A stretch of 64,000 nt of DNA. It comes from the human T2T-CHM13v2.0 reference genome, Homo sapiens. This document shows, piece by piece, positions 55,490 to 64,000 of the stretch (positions within the stretch are counted from its first letter, which is position 1; every line of letters begins with the position of its first letter). The position numbers and the translations under genes are program-made. Under the pieces are notes generated by a model, which was not told the origin of the DNA, made no database searches, and saw only the letters and a list, made by a program, of their open reading frames with translations. The stretch lies in NCBI RefSeq assembly GCF_009914755.1, contig NC_060929.1, one strand, 5' to 3'.

Positions 55490-57620
55490 TATAGTGTGCT
55501 TATTTGACACTTTTTTTTGAAGTGTTCATTCCAGTCTTTAACTCATTTTAAAACTTGGTTAGCTTCTAATTATTTAGTTCTGAGAGCTCTTCTGGAAACA
55601 AGTATTTTGTTTCTTTCAGTGTGTGACTTTCTTCCATGTACTTAATGTTGTCTTTTAAACAGCAAAAGTTTTATTTTTTATGAAATTCAATGCATTTGTT
55701 TTTTATTCTTTGGTTTCCTCTTTTGGTGCTCTAAAAAGTATTTGCCTATCCCAAAGTTGCAAAAGTTTAAAAATGTTTTCTTCTGGAAGTTTTATAGTTT
55801 TGGCATTTATATCTGGGTCCACAAACCATTTTGAGTTAGTTACTATGGATGACACGATATAAGAGTCAAAAGTTAAAAGAACATCCAGTTGTTCAAACAC
55901 TACTTGTTGAAAAAACTGTCTTTTCTTCCACTAAATTACCTTGGCATATTTGCTGAAATTAATTGACCATATGTGTATGGGCCTAGCTCTGGAATATCTA
56001 ATTAGTTTCCCGATTTCTCTATATGCCAGCACCACACTGTCTTAACTATTATGATAGGCAGCCTTTCAGATGGCTCCCAGTGATCTTGCTTTCTGGTTTT
56101 CTCATTCTATTATAACGAGACTCTTGATTTTCTAAAAGAGTTTGTGTAAGACATGCATTATTTTCCTCTTAAATTTTGAATTAAATAAACTGTTGAAGCC
56201 ATCTAGTCTTGGAGTTCTTTTGTGAGAATCTTTTAAACCATAAATTCAATTTCTAAATTAAAATGAGGCTATTTACTTAACTAACTTTTGGTAATAGTTG
56301 CCTTTCAAAAAAATCTGTACATTTACTTTCTGAGCTGTAGAGTTTATTGGTACAAAGTTGTTCATAATATTCTTATTACACTTTTAATGCCTGTAGGATC
56401 TGGTGATGCCCCTCCTTCATTCCTGATGTTGGTTAATATTTTTCTTTCTTTCATTTTCTTGATGAATGCAAGTAGAGATGCTAAATTTTATTGACATTTC
56501 CTAAGAACCAGTTTTTGTGTCATTGTTTTTTCTGCTATGTATTTTCCTTATTGATGTCTACTTTTCATATATAATTTTCTTATTTCAAATTGCTTTTGGT
56601 TTAATTTGTTCCTTTTTTTTAGCTTTTTAAGGCTGAAATTTAGATCACTAATTTTTATACCTTATTCTTTTCTAAAATAAACATTTAATGATAGCTTTTT
56701 CTCTAAGTACTGCTTTAGCTACATCTCAGAAATTCTGCAGTGTTATATTTTCATTTTCATTCAATTAAAATTATTTTATAATTTTCCCTCTGATTTATTC
56801 TTTAACCTCTAAGTAATTTATAAATGTGTTATTTTCCAAATATTTATAGATTTCTTAGGCAGCTTTTTGTTATTCTTTTAAATTTACTTCATTTTTGTCA
56901 GAGAACATGCTCTCAATAATTTTAATTCTTACAAATTTATTGATATTTATTTTATTTTATTTGGTAAATTTTTCATGTGTGCTTTAAAATAATTTTATTC
57001 TACTGTTATTGCACAAAGTACTATGTAAATGTTAATTAGGTTAACCTGGTTGATAATGTGCAAGTCTTCCATATCTCTATTAATTTTCTATCTGTTTTAT
57101 TAATTATTGAGAAAGGAATTTTAAAATGTCTAACAAAATTGTGAATTTATTCTTTATTCTCTGTTCCATCACTTTTTGCTTTATATATTTTGAAGCTCTC
57201 TTATTGTTTATAAGTACTATAATTGTTGTGTCTTTTAATATGTTAATCTCTTTAATATGAAAAGTTTCTTTTTATCAGTAGTAGCCCTTGTCCTGGATAT
57301 TAATATTTAATATCATATCATTTTTGTATTTTTACTTTTAACTTATTTGTGTTTAGATATAAAATGAGTTTCTTGTAGAAAACAACTTGTTGGCACTTAG
57401 TTTTATATCCAGTCTGACAATGTCTGCTTTTGAATTCAATTGTAATCCATTAACATCTAAGTATTCACTGCTATGGTTAGGTAAATACACCATTTATATT
57501 TACTTTGTCGCATCTGTCCTGCATTCCTGTTTTTCTCTTTTTCTTCCTTCTTTGGGTTAGTTGAATCATTCTCAGAATTCTATCTTATGCCAACCTTCGG
57601 CCTAGTAGCTAGACTCTCTA
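55490..57620 (-). mobile_element. Continuation of the old L1M (ORF2 remnants, fragmented)
   Basis: T-rich antisense L1 (ttttctctaagtactgctttagctacatctcagaaatt; tttcttgtagaaaacaa); minus ORF piece KTIKLPEENI. Confidence 0.7.
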
Positions 57621-57861
57621 CCTTTGGCTTTACTAAAAAGGTTTACTTTGTGGATATGATATAAAATGCATTTCTATAAGAATTTTCAATATCACTTTAG
57701 GGGTTCTTTTAAAACTAAAAACAAGATTAGAAAAGAGGAACTCTTTTTTTTTTTTTCTATTTAAAGGCTTTTAATTATTTGGAAATAATTGTAAGCATAC
57801 AGAAAAGTACAAAATAACACTAAGAATACCCATATGCCATTTACCCAGATTGACTTATTTG

Positions 57862-58404
57862 TTTTTTTTTTTTTTTTTTTTGTTTTTGTTTTTTTTTTTT
57901 TTTTTTATTATACTCTAAGTTTTAGGGTACATGTGCACATTGTGCAGGTTAGTTACATATGTATACATGTGCCATGCTGGTGCGCTGCACCCACTAATGT
58001 GTCATCTAGCATTAGGTATATCTCCCAATGCTATCCCTCCCCACTCCCCCGACCCCACCACAGTCCCCAGAGTGTGATATTCCCCTTCCTGTGTCCATGT
58101 GATCTCATTGTTCAATTCCCACCTATGAGTGAGAATATGCGGTGTTTGGTTTTTTGTTCTTGCGATAGTTTACTGAGAATGATGGTTTCCAATTTCATCC
58201 ATGTCCCTACAAAGGATATGAACTCATCATTTTTTATGGCTGCATAGTATTCCATGGTGTATATGTGCCACATTTTCTTAATCCAGTCTATCATTGTTGG
58301 ACATTTGGGTTGGTTCCAAGTCTTTGCTATTGTGAATAGTGCCGCAATAAACATACGTGTGCATGTGTCTTTATAGCAGCATGATTTATAGTCCTTTGGG
58401 TATA
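57862..58404 (-). mobile_element. 5'-truncated L1HS Ta (Ta-0 type), about 500 bp plus 45-nt poly(A)
   Basis: Minus strand reads gatgacACAttagtggg (Ta ACA), aaacttaGagtat (Ta G) and cccaaaGgaCtata (Ta-0); ORF 58112-58354 equals the L1HS ORF2 C-terminus (...KHRIFSLIGGN). Confidence 0.93.
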
Positions 58405-60256
58405 AATAGCTATTCTATAAGCCTAAATAAAACATCTTGATAATTTAACTTTTCTTTTTAAAAATCAAAGACAATATATGGTTGCTCAATAAAGAAAAGT
58501 GGTGCATAGAGTCAGGTATCAAAATGCATTAACTTCCAAGTTGGCTCTTCCAAGCAAATGACTCATATAAATTGGCCTTTAGATTAAAATACATTAAGCA
58601 ATGGAGTGCACTGAAAGCATCATTGAAAGAATTTTTGGAAGAATAGGCTCAAATTTACAGTCAGTCAGTAACTCACTGTTTAATACTCGAGGATCATCAA
58701 ACCTTCTAGCTCCAGTTTTCTAATTTGGTTAATTAAAATACCTTTCACACCTACTTTGCAGGACTCTTATAAGGAACAAGTGGAACCATGTGGAACCATG
58801 TTAATGAAAGTCCTATAAAAGTACTATAATACTTACAATTCCTTATTTTATTTTCTTATGGTATAACTCGGCACAAACATCTATTCACCTGAGAATTAAA
58901 AAAAAAATCACCTACACAAATGCACATTAGGATAGCTATGCAAGCACATAAGGAAGAAGGGCAAGGAAGGAAATGATTTAAGTTGCAGAATTTAGGTTTG
59001 TAAATATTAGTAAAAAATAAGAATATTTACTACCATCTGTCTAAGATTTTATAAATATGGAACAATAAAAACTGCTTCATCCTTTATTGCTTTGAGCAGT
59101 GTCTAAAGATTTATATTCTGCTATATTAATAAAACTTGTATATGATATATAGTAAGTATGAATCTTTCTCCATTTAATATCTTTCCAGTATTATTTATAG
59201 AAGTTTTTGGAATGAACTTCCGGTTGGTCTCTCAGTTTAGCCATAATCCCATTTCAAATTCTACAAAATTATAGGTTTAATAAACATCAAAGAAAATGTA
59301 TCAAGTCAATTTCATCTGTGACCCTTCAGACCAAGAAGGCCCCAGTGTGCTGAGGTTTGACATGCTGTGAATGTTCAATTCCAGTATCCATATCCTGACC
59401 TTGGAATTCAGGCTTTGACTCAGTTAAGATAAGAACTGCTTCTCTCCTTGTTTTGGCAGAGCACTGAGCTTGCTTTTGACAACACTATGTGTTAGTACAT
59501 CATGTTTTCTTGTCCTTGCCTGTTCTATTTCTGTTCTTTGGCTCAATGCTTTCTGGCAATAGGCTTTCTACATATATAATACCTCCATACCTTTTATGAT
59601 AATAGGACCAACACTATGGTTGTTGGGAAGCAAACATACCTTCCACCTATGAACCAAAAAGAGGCTGCTGGATGAAGATATATAAGGGTAGCTTTGTTGT
59701 TTGAGGTCTTTTTCTAGGATAGAAGAAAGGCAAGTGGCAATATTTCTACTTCCCATGGGAAGAGATGGAATTCTGGAGTGAAGCTTACCCTCTTGTCTTG
59801 CCATATGAAAGTTTTTATCTTAGTCTCTTCTGTAACCAACATGTATTTCCTCCTTTGTACCAAAGCCTTTTACCCATAGTTGTCTTTCTCCTGAATTCAC
59901 ATTCATATCGTCTACCCCTCCTCCTATCAAGTAATAATTATTGTTGGATGTTATTACGAACACTTGTTATGTTCACTAAATTGTTTTTCTGTCTTTATAT
60001 CTTGCTGTATACCTGCAGTCTCTCATGTACACACACTTGATTTTAAGCTAGATTATAAGCTTCCCTAAAAGAGAAAAAAGAACCTATGCCTTATAATTCC
60101 CTGTTCCCACTGCTGCATCTAGCTGTATTAATATAAAAATATTTGATTCAAGTCAATGGGTCCATTGTTCACATGAGATATGCTTCAAAAGTGAGAGAAC
60201 TACATCCACTAATAACATTTTTTACCAATTAGGCAATCATTGGTCCAATTTTTTAT

Positions 60257-60286
60257 TTGTTTGTTTTGTTTTGTTTTGTTTTTTTT
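60257..60286. repeat. (TTTTG)n repeat
   Basis: Tandem TTTG/TTTTG units. Confidence 0.85.
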
Positions 60287-60289
60287 ACC

Positions 60290-61270
60290 ATTTCCATTCA
60301 AATTCTCAGATTAGTCTACTTAATCTGCCTCTCTCTTCCCCAACTTTGGTTCCATCTTTAACCCACTGTAATAAGGTTATCACTGTTGCAACTCATATAA
60401 AACCCCAGCAAAATGCCATTGATGACTACTAAATAAAATTGACCGGTCACTGTCTTGACTTCATTCTTAAGTCTCAGCACAAAGCTTGGTAGACATAAGT
60501 TTATTCTATTAAATAAGCAAATACGTGAATCCTGCACAGCCTTTCTGGAACATTTGATACAGCTATGCTTCCTTCTCGAAATATTTTCCTCCTTTGGTTT
60601 TTGAGACATGGATCTTTCCTAGATTTTCTTCTCTTTCTGTGATTGTCCTTTACTGCCTCCTGTCCTTCCAACTCCCAAATGAAGGTTAACACCTTCATTT
60701 CCCTTCACCCAAAGCTGTATTGCAGACCTCAACTTGCTTCATACTTTCTCCTTGGGTGATATCATCCATTTCTTTAGTCTCTTTTGCCTTTATATAGATG
60801 CATCAAATATTGATACCATCTAATTTGACCTGCATTTTAGAGCCCCTGTGTGCCTATCTGCCAACTAAATTTTATTGTTCCATGGTTACTATAAGCTTAC
60901 ATGTCCCAAACAGACTTTAGTATCTTCCCCTTTAAATCTGCTCCTTCTTGTTTGTCCACTGTTACATTTCCTTATCTCATCATCCTTCTATCTCATCCTT
61001 GGGTTAATCTTCAACTCTTGCTTGCCCTTCAAACCTTACACTCAATCAGTCTTGAAGTTGTACTGTGTCATGGTAAATACTGTGTAGAGGCATAAATCCT
61101 CTCTCTCCAAATCCTCTCTCAGATCTGTTTTGTTCTCTTCCATTCCATTGACAGTGGTCTGGCTTCCTGTGGGGGCCACTGAAATAGCTTTCAGGTACTG
61201 CTTTGATTCAATCCTCTGTAGCTTTCCCTTCATCTCAGCTGCGATCATTCAACCCTCCTCTATGGTCATT
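60290..61270 (+). mobile_element. Degraded L2 body
   Basis: ttttcctcctttggtttttgagaca, tttctccttgggtgatatcatccatt, acatgtcccaaacagact are L2-like; boundaries approximate. Confidence 0.55.
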
Positions 61271-63794
61271 ACCCTGCCTCAGCCTCTAGAATGGATTTAA
61301 TCTTAGGTAAAAGATATATAATTATTTTCCAGCCCAATACATTGGCATTTGTTAAAAAGTTCCTTTTGCTTTTTGTCTCATTTTCATTAACAAGACTTTT
61401 GACTTGGTAATGTATTTAGCATTCAACTCGCCTAAAGGAACTATTTGCTTTTATAGCCCTCTACCACCCTGTCACTAAATGCTAGACTGGTAGCTGGAGC
61501 CTGGTCATCTGCTGAGTCTGCCTGCCTGCCAGTATTTTTTTCATACCACTGTCTTAAGAGTTCTAAGCTAGCACCATTCCCTGTTGCCTTATATCAAATC
61601 CCTAAGCATGGCCCTTTGTGTGGACTCTGGCCTTGAGAGGTTTCAAATCTGGCTGATGTTATGTGGGACTATTGACTTCAGTACATGGTCCTCTATGTAA
61701 CTGGATAGGCAGTGGTTCATTCCTGATAGTACTTAGAAAAAATGAAATCTACTCTTGGTATGTAACTGAGGAGATAAAATACACAGATTATGAAAATAAT
61801 ATTAAATCTCAAAATACTTCTACTTGATTTGGAAGATAGTTCAAATTGTGAATACATGATGATCAACATGACAAGAAAAAAAAATTTCAAAATTTACTCA
61901 TTTGATTCTTACCTGACAGCTAACAATTAATCTTAATTTTTGCTTACTGTGTTGATTAAACTTATCAGTTATTTGGACTTTTGGAGACAAAGACCAGCCA
62001 TTGAGCAGAAAGGATCACTTCTTTTTCCTGGCACATAATTTTGCCTCAATCTTCCAGCTCGTGATTGAGTCTTTATGAACAATCCAAGAGATTTTATGTC
62101 ATTAAAGACAACACACAATATGTATCACAATCTACAAGACTTCTAGAATTGAACAGATCATTGAAAACCACAGACCTGTAACTTAATATGTGTATTTCAC
62201 TTGACATAATAAATGAATAGGAAATACATTTTTTAATATTAAACCCAAAATAGCTCACGGAACACTAAGTTTAATCCTTTTCTAAAGAAAGCATCAAGAT
62301 AGTCATGCTGTGATTTCTCTTTGGGCAAATCTGTATCTTTCATATTGTGTAAAGCCTCCTCCTCAGTACATCTTACAGTGAGCTCATGTAAAGAAAGTTG
62401 GTTTCCTTATTTAAGTCTTTTGATCCAATATTCAAGATGCTAAATTTGAGAAGTCCTATTTTACTGATGACTCTGAGGAGTAGAGAAGTTCAGTATTCAT
62501 CACAATTTTAATCAACTTGCTGGGTCATTTCTTTAAACCAGTAGATGAGCTGACAACGAATCATTTAACAGCATCAATATTCAGATTATTCAGATCAAGA
62601 GGCAGAAAAAAAGAGCTTGCTCCCATTGCCATCCATGGTGAAACTATTAAGTCTCTTTCTCATATGAATTTATTTTTAAAGATTATCAGCAGGGCTTCCA
62701 GAAAAAGAATTATAAGAGACCCAGGTATTACCAATGCTGCTCTTTCAAGGCCCACACTTTGAATGTGAGGTATTAAGGTAATACAGACATCTTCTTGCTC
62801 ATCAACTACTCATTACATTGCCTTCTTTCCTGAGCCCTGAGTTTCCTGTGCTTCCACTCTCAGTCTCTTTTCTGACACATACACACATATGCATATACAC
62901 AAACACACATACATGTTGACACACATACTTCTGCTTATCTGATCTGAGTTGTGATTATATGAGGACATTCTAAGTTTTGGGAGATGTCACAACACCTGTG
63001 TTGTTGGTTGAATACTTTCCTGTCACATATAAAAAAATCTGAACTAAACTTTTTTTTAAAACAAAAAGGTTGACAGAACATTTATTAATAAGTTTTGTGA
63101 TTAATTTTATTTTAATAAACTGTCTGAGGTTATTTAGTTATTAATACTCATAAGAAGAACTCTGGAAGTCAATCCGCACATCTTTATTAAGAAGTCAAAC
63201 ACAAGTCTGTGGCCATAAGAATACGGTGTCGCATAAGTAAGCCTAATTCCTCTTACCCTTGAGGCCACCAAGCTGCATTTTCAAATGTATATATTTCTAC
63301 ATTTGTAACGATCACCCTTCCAAATGTAGTGAGTCAGGGAGAAGGATGAATCAAGGATGACTAAATAATAAGAAAGATGGGGGAGGAAAGTGTCCATAAC
63401 AGAGATGTGGCAAAGATGAGGAAGAAAAAGAGCAGATTTTATTAACACTATTGCCTTGGCTATTTTAGCAGAACACAGAGAAGAATCCAAAAAGGACATG
63501 TCTGTTGGCAAACAACTTGGGAGAGAACCAGAAGTGAACCCAGTTGCTTGTGTCATTATTTTGCCTTAGCCTCCAAGAGCCTGAACAGCCCAAGGAGGAC
63601 AAGACAGTCTTGACCTAAGGGAAAGATATGCTTTATTTACAAGAAAACATTAAAAAATCTGTTTTGTACAGGAAACTGTCTAGTTCTTTTCCTATTCACT
63701 GCCCCCAAAGATGACCTATGAAGCTGGAGAAACTGGATTATCGGGAGCCTTGAGCAGCCTTAAGCCCAGGGTGCTAAGGTCACAAAATGGATCA

Positions 63795-64000
63795 CTCTCC
63801 CTTTGCTGGCTGGGCTCCAGCCACAGCAGGCTTTTTTGAGCTTATCAAATATACTAAGCTCATTTCAGCTTAGCCCCTGCACTTGGTAATCCCACTGCCT
63901 GCGATACTCTGCCCCTCATTGTGTGCATGGCTGGCACCTTTTCATTCAAGTCTCAGTTTAAATGTCATCTTCTTAAATAAACCTCGTATCTAAAGTATCT
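63795..64000 (+). mobile_element. L2 fragment
   Basis: gctccagccaca...catggctggcaccttttcattcaagtctcagtttaaatgtcatcttc. Confidence 0.65.

Noticed and set aside
58780-58801. 10-bp tandem duplication gtggaaccat x2
   Set aside because: Ordinary slippage duplication.

Overview
Human (primate) genomic DNA, AT-rich and repeat-dense, lying inside the PLCXD3 gene (PI-PLC X-domain containing 3), which is transcribed on the minus strand. The only host coding sequence is one 709-bp internal exon (36289-36997, exon 2) with canonical AG/GT sites. Higher coordinates are intron 1 and lower coordinates are intron 2. Everything else is intronic: Alus, L1s of many ages, L2/MIR, MaLR and ERV LTRs, DNA-transposon fossils and microsatellites. 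The other ORFs in the track are repeat-derived or chance. I see no new gene system. The most notable items are retrotransposition events read from the sequence: (1) an L1PA 3' transduction with a 16-bp TSD and its own ATTAAA; (2) a TSD-bounded, end-to-end L1PB element shortened to 3.3 kb by two in-frame internal deletions, one fusing ORF1 to ORF2; (3) a human-specific L1HS Ta-0 insertion with no TSD; (4) a templated direct-plus-inverted micro-duplication inside an L1. Repeat subfamily names come from recalled consensus sequences, not a RepeatMasker run.
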